Of a stretch of DNA of 64,000 nucleotides, positions 51,043 through 64,000 are shown piece after piece. Numbering within the stretch: the first letter of the stretch is position 1; each line of letters opens with the position of its first letter. The stretch lies in contig CM119268.1 in assembly GCA_051294375.1 (NCBI GenBank), positions 14,147,037 through 14,211,036 of the forward strand, given 5' to 3'. Below the pieces are notes generated by a model. The model did no database searches, was not told where the DNA came from, and saw only the letters and a list, made by a program, of their open reading frames with translations. Source of the DNA: Paraspadella gotoi (Eukaryota > Animalia > Chaetognatha). The position numbers and the translations under genes were made by a program.

Positions 51043-52277
51043 CACCACCGCCACCTCTGTGTCGATTCTTTTTTCTCTCTCTCTCTTTCGCTCACTCTCT
51101 CTTTTTTCTTTTTTTCTCTCTCCCCTAATTAGTATAATTAGCGAAAAATGCTTAAGAAATAATTTCAATCTTTGATCTTTTGCGCGATTACCGTCCGGGT
51201 TGCAGAGAGGAAGGGAAAGGGAGTAGGAAGGATTAATCCGTTACGCGTGACGGCGTTACGCTTATGATTACGCTACAATTTCAAGAACAAAGAATGTTTT
51301 TTGTTTTTTTACTGGTTAAAGTTTCGCCATAGAGTTGAGTTAGTCTGCCGAATGTCTGAATGGAAAACCTTCTTAATTTACTGATAATAATAGTATTATT
51401 AATGATAAGAATAATAATAATTAGGAATGAGGGTAATTCCAATAATTTGAATCTGGTACATATGCTTTTCTTGCAGCAGTCTAAAAAAAAAAAAAAAAAC
51501 TTGACGAGTTTCTGGAGGAAATGGCCTAGTGTAAATGTTAGGTACCATAATGATAATATTTACTCGTGATTTTCATTGGTATACTTAAAAAAAAATTTAA
51601 AAAAATTCTTAATTTACTGTAAGCGACGAAAGCGCGAATTTTCCAAATTCGTTGAGGCCTCTTCGTCTGTGGCTCGAGCGGTAATAAAAAAAAATGTCCT
51701 TACCCGGTGGCTCATCGCGACGCACTTACCTGAACGACGATTCAACTTTTATGAAGGAATAGAAAATGGGTTGGAAATTTCACGTAATAAGGAACGAGGC
51801 GGAAAGTGGATGGATAGGAAAGGGGATCCGTTGAAAAGGAAGAGTGTGATACTGATACTATGTGATAGTATGGATTAATTATTGCGAATTTCATTTGGGA
51901 GAAAACCAATCCTAAAACATTAGGAAATAGAATTATGAGCTCGAATGATCTACAATTCTACATAATTCTTAGCAAACTTAAAAAAATAAAAAGCACATGG
52001 AAATAAAGGAGATATAAACTGCTGCTTGTGAAAGTGTTCAACTTAAAGACCTAAATTTCCAAATAACCGCTACAACCAGAAAAATTAATTGCAGAGGGAA
52101 AGTTCATTGCCTCTTTAACTGCCTTACCTCGTCAGTCGTCACCTCACTTCGCTTCACGCAGCCCCAACCACATTCCGTTCCATATCACCTTTTTTCTTCT
52201 CATTTCCTTCCTCGTTCGAGGGTGAGTCCCAGGCGCTTAACTTTCCCGGAAATGGCGTCGTCGCCGTCGTCGGTGAG

Positions 52278-52313
<36 letters not shown>

Positions 52314-52550
52314 CACGGTGCCGCTGCTGCCGACGCATTCGTCATTATTACCTTTAATGGGTCTTTCTCGGTCTCGAAGGAAATGTTGACTTAATGTCTT
52401 CCGGGAGAACCTCATTGCATTAAATCTTCGACGTCGTCGTCGTCGTCGTCGTCGTCGTCAGCGGCGTTGTCACGGAATTTTTATAGAAGTCGAAATCGTC
52501 ATTGGTCGCGAGATTCGGTCAATGATTTGGATGTAGTTTATGTTTCAGTG

Positions 52551-53350
52551 GAATATTGAGAATATTGAGAATATTGAGAATATTGAGAANNNNNNNNNNN
52601 NNNNNNNNNNNNNNNNNNNNNNNNNNNNNNNNNNNNNNNNNNNNNNNNNNNNNNNNNNNNNNNNNNNNNNNNNNNNNNNNNNNNNNNNNNNNNNNNNNNN
52701 NNNNNNNNNNNNNNNNNNNNNNNNNNNNNNNNNNNNNNNNNNNNNNNNNNNNNNNNNNNNNNNNNNNNNNNNNNNNNNNNNNNNNNNNNNNNNNNNNNNN
52801 NNNNNNNNNNNNNNNNNNNNNNNNNNNNNNNNNNNNNNNNNNNNNNNNNNNNNNNNNNNNNNNNNNNNNNNNNNNNNNNNNNNNNNNNNNNNNNNNNNNN
52901 NNNNNNNNNNNNNNNNNNNNNNNNNNNNNNNNNNNNNNNNNNNNNNNNNNNNNNNNNNNNNNNNNNNNNNNNNNNNNNNNNNNNNNNNNNNNNNNNNNNN
53001 NNNNNNNNNNNNNNNNNNNNNNNNNNNNNNNNNNNNNNNNNNNNNNNNNNNNNNNNNNNNNNNNNNNNNNNNNNNNNNNNNNNNNNNNNNNNNNNNNNAA
53101 GGAATATGAGAAGATGAGATATTGAGAATATGGAGAATATGAGAATCTTTAGAATATTGGAAATTGAGAATATATTGAGAATATTGAGAATATTGAGAAA
53201 TTGAGAATATTGAGAATATTGAGAATATTGAGAATATTGAGAATATTGAGAATATTGAGAATTCAGTTGAGAATATTGAGAATATTGAGAATATGAGAAT
53301 CTTTAGAATATTGAGAATATTGAGAATATAGGAATTAGAACTATTGAGAA
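52551..53350. repeat. (AATATTGAG)n 9-bp minisatellite spanning an N gap
   Basis: Seen on both sides of the gap. Confidence 0.9.
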
Positions 53351-55978
53351 TAATCTCTCTCCAAGCGTGCATATGATGATTTCTTATGCAAAACCGTTTC
53401 ACTTTAAAAATAAATCTGGAAGTAAAATAACCTGCGATAGCAAAAACAAAGTAAACCTTGATATATATGTATATTTATATACTTATAGTTTTACTTAACT
53501 CTTGCCAACTTCTGCGAAAAAAATGTTCGCTGTTTGACTCAACAACGAAGGGAATTAGACACAAACGTGAATAAATTATTTCTAATCGATTCGTCTGTTG
53601 CAAAAAAAAAANNNNNNNNNNNNNNNNNNNNNNNNNNNNNNNNNNNNNNNNNNNNNNNNNNNNNNNNNNNNNNNNNNNNNNNNNNNNNNNNNNNNNNNNN
53701 NNNNNNNNNNNNNNNNNNNNNNNNNNNNNNNNNNNNNNNNNNNNNNNNNNNNNNNNNNNNNNNNNNNNNNNNNNNNNNNNNNNNNNNNNNNNNNNNNNNN
53801 NNNNNNNNNNNNNNNNNNNNNNNNNNNNNNNNNNNNNNNNNNNNNNNNNNNNNNGAGAGAGAGAGAGAAGCCTTCAGCCGGGAGAAAAGAGAACAAAAGA
53901 CAACGAGGATAATGGGAGAACAATCGGTAGAATATCTAACAGATTTTTTTTTCTGAGAAGAAAGAAATTGAAAAAAAAATATTTAAGAGTATTTTTTTTA
54001 ATTTCTAAGCTAAGTGAATCAAGTCTCACGGAGCCTGAATTGAATAAGGGCGAGCAGTAGCTCAACTGTATTTTCAACCAACTTTTTATCGTGAGAGTTT
54101 GCGTTTCAATTGAGATCGTTTTGAAAATATTTTGGTAAGGATCAAAGAAGCATGTAAAGTAATAGCTAGGAAGAGAGAGAGAGAGAGAGNNNNNNNNNNN
54201 NNNNNNNNNNNNNNNNNNNNNNNNNNNNNNNNNNNNNNNNNNNNNNNNNNNNNNNNNNNNNNNNNNNNNNNNNNNNNNNNNNNNNNNNNNNNNNNNNNNN
54301 NNNNNNNNNNNNNNNNNNNNNNNNNNNCCCGCCATTTGAGGGACACTTGGATCATCATTAGTTTCCCCACGGACATCGGTCGAACTCTAATTGGCCCCTC
54401 GCATCCTCTCTGCGCGCTCGATCCAGGCCCTACTCGATTCTACCCCAGCCTTTAAATATTCCTCTACAGCCTCTACAATTTTCCTTTTCACCGGAACCAC
54501 ATTCGTTGATGATATCAGCCAGTGCGATCGCTTTCTTCACCAAGTTTCATCACCCCATTCTGTTCCAGCATCATCACCCAGTTCCACTACAGCCTCATCA
54601 TTTACATTTTTCTCCTTGAGCCTTCGGAGTTTCCACTCCAGCGAAGTCGCTGCTCCTCCTCGCAACCTCGAAGTCTCTCGATGACGAAGTCGTCTTCATA
54701 TCTTTACACCCACCTCCCCATCCCACCTCCATCCCGTCCCACCACTTCCCCATCTCAACTAACTTCCATTCCTAAAATATCTTGCCCCTGTACCGCCCGG
54801 TCTTTNNNNNNNNNNNNNNNNNNNNNNNNNNNNNNNNNNNNNNNNNNNNNNNNNNNNNNNNNNNNNNNNNNNNNNNNNNNNNNNNNNNNNNNNNNNNNNN
54901 NNNNNNNNNNNNNNNNNNNNNNNNNNNNNNNNNNNNNNNNNNNNNNNNNNNNNNNNNNNNNNNNNNNNNNNNNNNNNNNNNNNNNNNNNNNNNNNNNNNN
55001 NCTCCTCCGCTTCCCCGGGACCGAGGCGTTCGCGCCCGAGGAAGCCCCGATGTTTCCTTTGTCAAGAACTCAAAAGGCCTCACTGTCCAGACCTGGACGT
55101 TCCGAACTCTCGCGCTGCGAATGGCGTTACGATTATTATCGAGTAATCGGCTCTGACAAGATGATCAGCGCGACGTCGGAGAGACTTTGACCAGGAACAA
55201 ATCCGAGACTCAATTCATCTCTTCGCTTCGGATGCGAGGAGAGAGAGAAGGATGAGAAGAGACGGTAGACAGAGAGAAGAGGAAGAGATACGAGACGAGG
55301 AGCACCAGAGCACAATATCCGGCGGCGAGACCGAGGATGCAGAGAGAGAGAGAGAGAGAGAGGTCTTATACGTTCCAAAGTCTGATTCCAAATTTATTTT
55401 TATTTTTTCAAAAGTGCGAGAAAACACTCGTTTTCGTGCAGTCATAGTTAACGTGTCACTGTTACAGTTTAGATGAAGCGAAAGCAAAAAGAGAAATTTG
55501 AGCAGAGAATGAGAAGAAAAAAAAAGAAGACAAGAGAGACGCAAAGGCGCATCGGCCTTCAGAGATTGTTATTTTAAGATTGACAAGAATTTCGCTTTAA
55601 GTTTAACCCGACGCTTGCTCTAATCAATCGACCTGCAACGCGCGAACTTCTTCAAAAGCGAGTTAAAACGATAAAAATCATTCCAACATCTTCGCTCTTC
55701 GACGCAACGTTAGCCAATCTCGAAGATCTAGATTAGTAGTTCGATGCCGACATATATTTCAATTTATTTTTTTAATAGTATTTATATTCGTTAAAATTTT
55801 TGCCGCGAAGAAAGTTTACGACAGGATAATTCATCAGGAAATCAAGAGATATCATTTCTACTATGAGAGCGATGGCGGACGAGGGTAACATCCAACGATC
55901 GATCGACTTAAAAAAAAAAAATCACTTAACTAATCAATTTGATTAATTTAATGATCGATAAATCGATCATTCCCTCAG

Positions 55979-57304
55979 ACGACGAGCGACTTCAAGAAGA
56001 GTCCGAATCCTCGGCGCCTTCGCCAGTCCTCGTCTTCTTCGTCGTCATTCTCGTCATCGCCGCCTTCGTCGCCGCCGTCGTCGGCGTCTTCGTGGGGATG
56101 AACCGAAGGAAGAAGAAGAATGAGGCGAAGAGAGCGAGGGAGACGCAGCGTAAGGTGATTCGTGAGTCGGAGTGAGTGTGAACCGGGCGTTGAGTCGGTG
56201 AATGACATCGGATTAAAGTGATGACGGTTCTCGGAAAAGCCAGAATACTTGATCTGTTAATCTTAACGCTCTGACTTTTCTTTTTAATCTGATTAGAAAT
56301 TATTTAATCTAAATTGAAAAAAAATAAAAAGATGGAAAATTATGACGAAATTACGACGTCTAAGTTTAAAAATTGCTTCATCAATTAATCAGTTAATATC
56401 AAACGTCTAAGTTTAAAAATTACTTCATCAATTAATCAGTTAATATCAGACGTCTAAGTTTAAAAATTACTTCATGAATTAATCAGTTAATATCAAACGT
56501 CGAAGCAAAAAGGACGTTAAATCTGAGTGAAGAATTAAAATTGAATTTCTCGATTAATAATTTAATTAGAAAAAGGACAAAAAGGCCGATTTCGGAATAT
56601 TATATACATAATTTAAGTGTAGAAAAAAAAGAAAGAATGATATCTGGCCGAAGTCGAAACTCGAATTTACTTTTTATTGGAAGCTGAAGTCGCGTAGTAA
56701 AGCGAAGCCCAAGGCGTTAAACAGCGGTTGGAGTCAACATGGCTTTTTTTGAGAGAAGAGAAAAAAAAAATTCGATGGTCGAAGGGACTTTGGCCATATT
56801 TTTCTTTTTGTTTTACCGGACGCGAGGGTCACAAAATCTTTCATAATGAATCATCCTTTAATTTTAATGTATGAAATTGTCACAATCTCCGTGACAAGGG
56901 TTCGAATCTTATTTTTTCCCGATTCCGATTCCTTTTTAAATTTTCGACGCCTCATTAATAAAAAATAAAAATAATCTTGACTTTCAGTGGGAGGAAAGGG
57001 ATAAAGCAGATGCTGAGATGGACAGACAACTGATGCAAGCGCAAATTCCTCTCATGCAAGAGAATCTGGTCAGTTTAAACGGAAAGTGAAACAAATGTTG
57101 TCGTCGGAAAATCGATCAATCGATCGATCGATCAATCGATCGATCTATCAATCAATCGATCAATCAATCGTCAATCAATCGTCAATGAATCTCTGGTCCC
57201 GTTGCAGGAGCACGAGGAGGCGGAGAAGAAAAAAAATTTCGACGAAAAACTGAAGAAAATTCTTGAAAACAAAAACGCGGCTACAATGATTAAAAATAAT
57301 AATA

Positions 57305-57369
<65 letters not shown>

Positions 57370-57459
57370 CATAAGAGTACATTTTTTTTAGTCTCCGGAT
57401 CAGTTTCCGCATCGTTTACGGATGGACAGCTCAACGCGAAGCAAAGTGGCGAAGAATAA
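55979..57459 (+). CDS. 3' exons of a single-pass membrane protein with a charged helical and poly-Asn cytoplasmic tail; 5' exons unresolved
   Basis: Exons 55979-56154, 56988-57068 and 57208-57459 have AG/GT ends and join in frame: DDERLQEESESSAPSP-VLVFFVVILVIAAFVAAVVGVFVGM-NRRKKK...RK|WEERDKADAEMDRQLMQAQIPLMQENL|EHEEAEKKKNFDEKLKKILE...N(n)...QSGEE*. Confidence 0.7.
56356..56501. repeat. ~47-bp intronic tandem repeat, 3 copies
   Basis: acgtctaagtttaaaaattRcttcatSaattaatcagttaatatca x3. Confidence 0.9.
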
Positions 57460-58801
57460 GGAAATGAAAAAAAAACTACTTAACACAAACACATTGAAAT
57501 GAGCAATATAAACGATATTAACGGATTGACTCCAATCAATAAAACTATTAGTATCTAAAGACTTATCCACAAGACATACCGAAAGGAAGTAAAAGGCTTT
57601 CGGAAATGTCAGTTATTAAAGTTCGTAAGGCTTGTTCTTCAAGACAACTCGCGTCTCTTAAGAAAAAAAATTTTGGGAAAAAAGATCGCTCAATAACTGA
57701 AAAAAAGCTCGACTTTTCTTTCTTATTTTCTTATTTTCCAGTTTCTACCTTTGAGTTTTTCCTCTTTCCTTTTTAAGCTCTTCTCCTCTTCCTCTCGGCC
57801 AAGGCTGAAGAGAGAGAGANNNNNNNNNNNNNNNNNNNNNNNNNNNNNNNNNNNNNNNNNNNNNNNNNNNNNNNNNNNNNNNNNNNNNNNNNNNNNNNNN
57901 NNNNNNNNNNNNNNNNNNNNNNNNNNNNNNNNNNNNNNNNNNNNNNNNNNNNNNNNNNNNNGAGAGAGAGAGAGAACGCGATCCCCTTGGCTAACGGGAC
58001 CCGATCAAGATGAATGTTCATTTTTGTGTTCGACCAAATAATCATTTAATCTTGGGTCCTTTAACACAACATTGAACCGGGGCCTCCGGCCGTCGACGAC
58101 GACGACGACGACGACTACGAGAACGACGACGACGACGACGACGACGACGACTATGACGGCTGGCGACGGAAAGGGTTTTGCAAATGGAACTAATGACGTC
58201 GATCACGCAGANNNNNNNNNNNNNNNNNNNNNNNNNNNNNNNNNNNNNNNNNNNNNNNNNNNNNNNNNNNNNNNNNNNNNNNNNNNNNNNNNNNNNNNNN
58301 NNNNNNNNNNNNNNNNNNNNNNNNNNNNNNNNNNNNNNNNNNNNNNNNNNNNNNNNNNNNNNNNNNNNNNNNNNNNNNNNNNNNNNNNNNNNNNNNNNNN
58401 NNNNNNNNNNNNNNNNNNNNNNNNNNNNNNNNNNNNNNNNNNNNNNGGGGAGAAATGAAAGATGAAATTAGTGAAGTATGTAGAATTAGAAAGATGAAAA
58501 ATAGAGGAAGGAGGACGTCAACTGGTTAGAAAATAAAGAGCGATAAAAAGAGAGGTGAGAGGAAGAAGAAGAGAAAAGAAGGAATCTGGATGATAAGTAA
58601 TGGATTAGTAATGGATTTTAGAAGATAATCATAATCGAGATAGAAGCAGGGCAAACATTGTAAAATTTAATGCTTAAAACACGAAAAATCTTGAATAAGC
58701 ATCAAAATTACCAGGAAACTAAAAGGTGTGAATCACCGAAATGGGTATCATCATCGGGTGGTGACTGAAATAAAAGATTGAGAAATGAAAAGTGAGTGAG
58801 T

Positions 58802-58840
<39 letters not shown>

Positions 58841-59471
58841 NNNNNNNNNNNNNNNNNNNNNNNNNNNNNNNNNNNNNNNNNNNNNNNNNNNNNNNNNNNN
58901 NNNNNNNNNNNNNNNNNNNNNNNNNNNNNNNNNNNNNNNNNNNNNNNNNNNNNNNNNNNNNNNNNNNNNNNNNNNNNNNNNNNNNNNNNNNNNNNNNNNN
59001 NNTTTTTTTCTCTCTCTCTTTATAAAATAGCGTCGTTTGCTTTCTCGAGTTTAGCCGCGGCGTGCTCGTTTTAATCAGGGCCTTCACCAACTCACAGTGA
59101 TCATTAGCGGCGGTCGTCGTCGTCGTCGTCGTCGTCGTCGTCTCACTCATCTTTTTTTACGGTTGTCATGCCAACGATGTCTTGTAATTTCTTTCACGTC
59201 AAAAGCGAAAAAAAAAAAAAATAAAACCTTGTGAATCGATACGTGAGTTTAATTCATTCAAAATCAAATAGTTTTGTTTCAGAATAATCTAACTTTAAAT
59301 AAGCCAATAAAGGAACTATATCACTATTATACCGTGGTACAATTGTTAAATGCTTAGCATGCTCCTAATTTTTCTTGGTGATGAGAGGAGGGTAAACGCG
59401 AAGATGACATATCAAGCAGTGTCACTTACGAATCAAGCTGTCGTGCGGTCACGTGACCCACTCGCTCCACA

Positions 59472-59561
59472 ATCATCATCATCATTATCATCATCATTAT
59501 CATAATCGTAGTGGTCATCGCCATCATTATCATCATCATCATCATCATTATCATTATCATT

Positions 59562-59608
<47 letters not shown>

Positions 59609-59609
59609 T

Positions 59610-59648
<39 letters not shown>

Positions 59649-59697
59649 GTCGTCGTCGTCGTCGTCGTCGTCATTATCATCATCATCATCTTCATCG
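59472..59697. repeat. (ATC)n/(GTC)n trinucleotide microsatellite
   Basis: Seen directly; it produces the spurious poly-His/Asp/Met/Ile ORFs. Confidence 0.95.
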
Positions 59698-60379
59698 TAA
59701 TCGTGTTCGTCATTCTTTTCCACGTTGGCGGCTAAAAAGCTTCCGAAATGAATTCCATTTGCGCGATATTAGATCTTCAAATTGAGAAAAATTGGTTTTG
59801 AGACAAAATCCATGAAAATTTTATGCCGAGATCTTTCTCTCTCTCTCTCTCGGGGGGAAAAGAGGGAGGTAGGGAAGGGGAGTGCCGGGTGGGAGAGGGA
59901 AAAAGGCGGAAGATGGTGGTTCACATGGTGGTGGTGTTTCGAAGTGTGGTTAGACGCTGTTTCAACACACCGCAGCCAGTGGCAGGGGCAAAAGAGCTTA
60001 ATTATTAAATAAATGGATAATTTTAATATTGGTTCCCGCTATTTTATAGTGGTTTGTTCTGGTGGCTCCGGTTTTACAACGTCTGTTGACCACTGACCCC
60101 TGACCACTGACCACTGACCACAATGACCAGTGCCGAAGTCAAAAAAGCCAGAAACAAGGGAAAGAGGGACTGGGTCTCCTTAGAATTGGTTACCGTTACT
60201 GTCTATTTTCTGTAATCTTAGGAGACCCTTTTTGATGGTAGTACGTATGAACCGAAGAAATCTCCTTCGATCTGGAGAGTTGATTTGAGATGAAAATTGT
60301 TTAAGGCGGAAGCATGATTTAATTTTTTATGGGTGATTATTACGTCAAGGACCCTTTTAGTGTTAAAACACCAGCTCTC

Positions 60380-60427
<48 letters not shown>

Positions 60428-60721
60428 TTGCACTCAATGACCCTCACTCTCCCTCGCCGCATCTCGGGCCATCTTTGTTCCATGTTTACAAGTTCTTGCT
60501 CCCTCCATTAATCATATTTTTCTTCACTATTCGCGTCTGACAGGAACAACTCTGATATTTTTTTTCTCACCTGAAACATGTATTCTTTTTCTTCCCTGAA
60601 AAATACCGAAGGGAAAAAAATCTTTTCTCTTCTCTTTTTTAAAATTAAATTTGGAAGAATCTTTAACTTTTTTTTCTTATCAGGAAACAAAGTGACTGAG
60701 GCTGGTCGAAAATTGTGGGGT

Positions 60722-60724
<3 letters not shown>

Positions 60725-60756
<32 letters not shown>

Positions 60757-61271
60757 TCCTTAAATTTAGCGTGAGCAATCCTCTGGTCTGGCTCGCTACG
60801 CACGTTCTTTTCGACTCTTGAATCTCTTCATTTCCCTCAAGCGCTCAAATCACACACACAGAATCAGTCCCTTTCTTCCGTCTCTCTCTCTCGTTCTCGC
60901 CTCTTTTCTTCTCTGCGGTGCTTCTCTCCATGGCTCTCCTCATCTCTCTCTCTTGGTCAGACTCTTTAATTTAGAGTGGAGCAACGTCGCGCTCTCTCAG
61001 TCACTTTCTTTCCCTCTTTGAACTTCATTTCCCTCAGAGCGGCATCCAGAAATCCTCACAACACAGACATCAAGTGCGCTTCTCTCTCTCTGCTCTCTCT
61101 CTCTTTCTCTCTCTCTCTCCTCCTTGCTCTCTCTCTGGTCCTTTAATTTAGAGTGAGCAACTCTTTCTCTCTCGCACTTTCTTTCCCTCTTTGAATCTCT
61201 TCATTCCCTCAAGCGCTCAAAATCTCAACAGACAGAATCAGTCCTTTCTCCTCTCTCTGCTCTCTCCTCTT

Positions 61272-61304
<33 letters not shown>

Positions 61305-61512
61305 TGGTCCTTTAATTTAGAGTGAGCAACTCTTTCTCTCTCGCACTTTGAATCAGAATCAGTCCTTTTCCTCTCTCTCTCCTCTCTCTCTCCTCTTGTC
61401 CTTTTTAATTTAGAGTGAAGCAACTCTTTCTCCCTCGTCCACTTTCCTTTCCCTCTTTGAATCTCTTCATTTCCCTCAAGCGCGTCAAAATCTCACACAC
61501 AGAATCCAGTCC

Positions 61513-61547
<35 letters not shown>

Positions 61548-61965
61548 TCCTTTAATTTAGAGTGAGCAACTCTTTCTCTCTCGCACTTTTTTTCCCTCTT
61601 TGAATCTCTTCATTTCCCTCAGCGCTCAAAAATCTCACACACAGAAATCAGTCTCTCCTCTTCTCTCTCTCTCTCCTCTATGGTCCTTTAATTTAGAGTG
61701 AGCAACTCTTTCTCTCTCGCACTTTCTTCTCCTCTTTGAATCTCTTCATTTCCCTCAAGCGCTCAAAATCTCACACACGAGAATCAGTTCTTTCTCTCTC
61801 TTCTTCTCTCCTCTCTCTTTCCTCTCTCTCTCTTCTCTCTCTTGGTCCTTTAATTTAGAGTGAGCAACCTCTTTTCTCTCTCTCGCACTTTCTTTCCCTC
61901 TTTGAATCTCCTTCATTTCCCCAAGCGCCTCAAATCTTCCTCACACACACGAATCAGTCCTTTCT
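60725..61965. repeat. Tandem satellite, ~125-180 bp unit with an embedded variable (CT)n tract, ~8-9 units
   Basis: Recurrent ttggtcctttaatttagagtgagcaactctttctctctcgcacttt...gaatctcttcatttccctcaagcgctcaaaatctcacacacagaatcagtc. Confidence 0.92.
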
Positions 61966-62700
61966 CTTTCCCGCTTCTCCTCCCTCCTCTTCTCTCCCTC
62001 TCCTCATCTCGTCTCTTCTCTCTCTCTCCAACTTTCCCTTCTTTCCTTCTTTTCCATTTTTTTCTTCCTCCCTCTCTCCCCCCTCTCTCTCTTGCTCCCT
62101 CTCTCTGCTCTCCTCCCTCTCCCGGCGCGGAATGATAAATGCGGGTTGTTGACTGTTGCCCCAGTTCCGTGGTGACCAGCGAGAGAGGAGGGGGAATCCT
62201 AATTACCACCCCATCCTTCTTTCTTACTTATCTTCTTTCTTTTATCAGTTTCTCTTCGGTCTTCCTTCTTTTCTTTTTTCTTGTCTTCCTTTCTTTTTTT
62301 TTTTCTTCTTTCCTTTTTTTTTTCTTCTCTTTTTGATTTTTTTTCTTATTATTTTTTTTCTTTATTTTATTCTTTTTTCTTCTCTTTTATTATTTTTCTC
62401 TTTTCTTTTTTTTTTTGCTTTATCTTTTTTTTTCTTTTCTATTTCCTATTCTCTTTTCTCTTCATTTTTTTATTTTCTTTTTTTTCTTTTTTTTTTTCAC
62501 CCTCGATCGATTTCTTTTCATTTTTTCCCTCATCTTTTCAATCGAACACAATCGTTTAATGGACATCGAAAAAATAATAAACAATAGAAAAACTAACGGG
62601 GAAGATAAAAAAAAGGACTTTGAAGATGAAGATGAGCCCGTTTAAAAAAAACGGGAACAAAAGAAAAGAAGACATGGAGAAAAGAGAGAGAGAGAGAGAG

Positions 62701-62779
<79 letters not shown>

Positions 62780-64000
62780 AAAGGAAGGCAGAAAAGTAAA
62801 GAAAAGGAAACAAAAGAGGGGAAAGAGAAGAACAGAAGGGGATTGGAGAAGAGGAGACAAGAAAATTGTAAAAATTCACGAAGACGACGGCGAAAAGTGG
62901 AGGAGGAGGAGGAGGAGAAGGAGGAGGAGGAGGAGGATGTGATTGATTGCCTCCAGAGGTGAGGAGCAGCGAGACGAGGAGAATGAAGAAAGAGAGGAAG
63001 AGGGTTGTGAGGGTAGGAGGGAGGAAGGGAGGAAGAACTAGAGGAAAAAGAGATAGGAGGAAGGAAAGGGGATAAAAGTAAGAATAAGGGAAGGGACGAG
63101 CGAGTAAAAAAAGGAGAGCTAAAGTGGGAATATTAAAAGAATGAGCAAATTAAAAAGAGAAAAGGGATAGAGAGATCGAAAAAGAGAAGAATGAAGATCG
63201 GGGGAGGAAGAAGGAAAGAGGGAGGAAAGGAAAACGGAAAACCTGGCGGGATTGACGCGGAAGAGAGAAAAAGAGCGGTAAGAAGGAATAAGAGAGAAAA
63301 AGGAAGAGAATAAAGAGAAGAGAAGAAAAGGAGGCGGTGGGGGCGGAGGGGGGAGGGGGCAGGTGGACGGAGAAAGCGTCGAGGAAAGCAGCGAGGCGGA
63401 AAGAAGAAAGAAAAAAGGCGGGAAGAGTTGAAACTTGAAAGAAAGAAAAAGAAAAAAAAAAGGAAGGAAACAGTGTAAAGATGAAAAGAATAGAGAAACA
63501 GCGCGGGGAACGAAATGTAGGTGGAATTAAGGAGAGAGAAACGATAGGAATTTAAGAACCCCCCCCTTTTTTTTTAAAAGGAAGAGGACGAACGAGGACA
63601 TTCCGGACGTTTGGGGTCTGAACGGGAGAAGAACGGAGGTGGGAATTTCGGTTAAGGGATGATGAAGATTTTGGATGTGAAATCTGCGGAAAAAATCTTC
63701 GGAATTGACTCGATAATTAAGGGGACGTTAGAAGTTAAGGTTTTAGCATTTTGAATAACTTTTGTTTTTAAGGTTTAAGTTTCTGTGAAGGTCTTTATCG
63801 CGATGTTACATGCCTTGATTACATAATTAAAAGTAGAAGCCACTAAAAATTCTTAAGCATCAAAATTAACACATCCAAAGGCATTCGATTATGGCCTTCG
63901 TATCAGCAAAAATGCCGTATTTCTATAATACCGAACCAAACCAAAGTCGGAGGCAATTTCATATTGATAAGATTTTAAGCGATTGGTTGACTGGTTGACG

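Noticed and set aside
56878-56910. tRNA-like hairpin plus ggttcgaatc B box
   Set aside because: There is no A box, D arm or acceptor stem.
59426-59785. Poly-His/Asp/Met ORFs
   Set aside because: They are translations of an (ATC)n microsatellite with no supporting exon context.
60725-61965. CRISPR-like repeat-spacer array
   Set aside because: The unit is ~100+ bp, the spacers are (CT)n rather than unique, there are no cas genes, and the context is eukaryotic.

Overview
Intron-rich, microsatellite-rich animal genomic DNA from a gapped draft assembly. It has many N runs and indel-rich duplicated blocks that look like raw long-read gap fill; the species cannot be identified from sequence alone. 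Spliced genes reconstructed by hand: a divergent 7-exon rhodopsin-like GPCR (minus strand, present twice because 1-6313 duplicates ~8481-14744), a 13-exon myristoylated SH3-SH2 tyrosine kinase (minus, 13767-17469), a 6-exon aspartoacylase-family gene (minus, 18646-21760), an F-box/LRR-like gene (plus, 27232-~32360) and the 3' exons of a single-pass membrane protein (plus, 55979-57459). Repeats include a decayed Tc1/mariner transposase fragment, several tRNA-headed SINE-like elements, a candidate ~4.2 kb non-autonomous LTR element and many micro/minisatellites. The most notable observations are a minimal type I hammerhead ribozyme (minus, 18113-18154) overlapped by a perfect 22-bp antisense hairpin between the aspartoacylase and kinase genes, a structured repeat core with a compensatory base change, two GC-AG introns required by reading frame, and altered catalytic or regulatory residues in the aspartoacylase and kinase. 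Nothing prokaryotic (CRISPR, operon) is supported.
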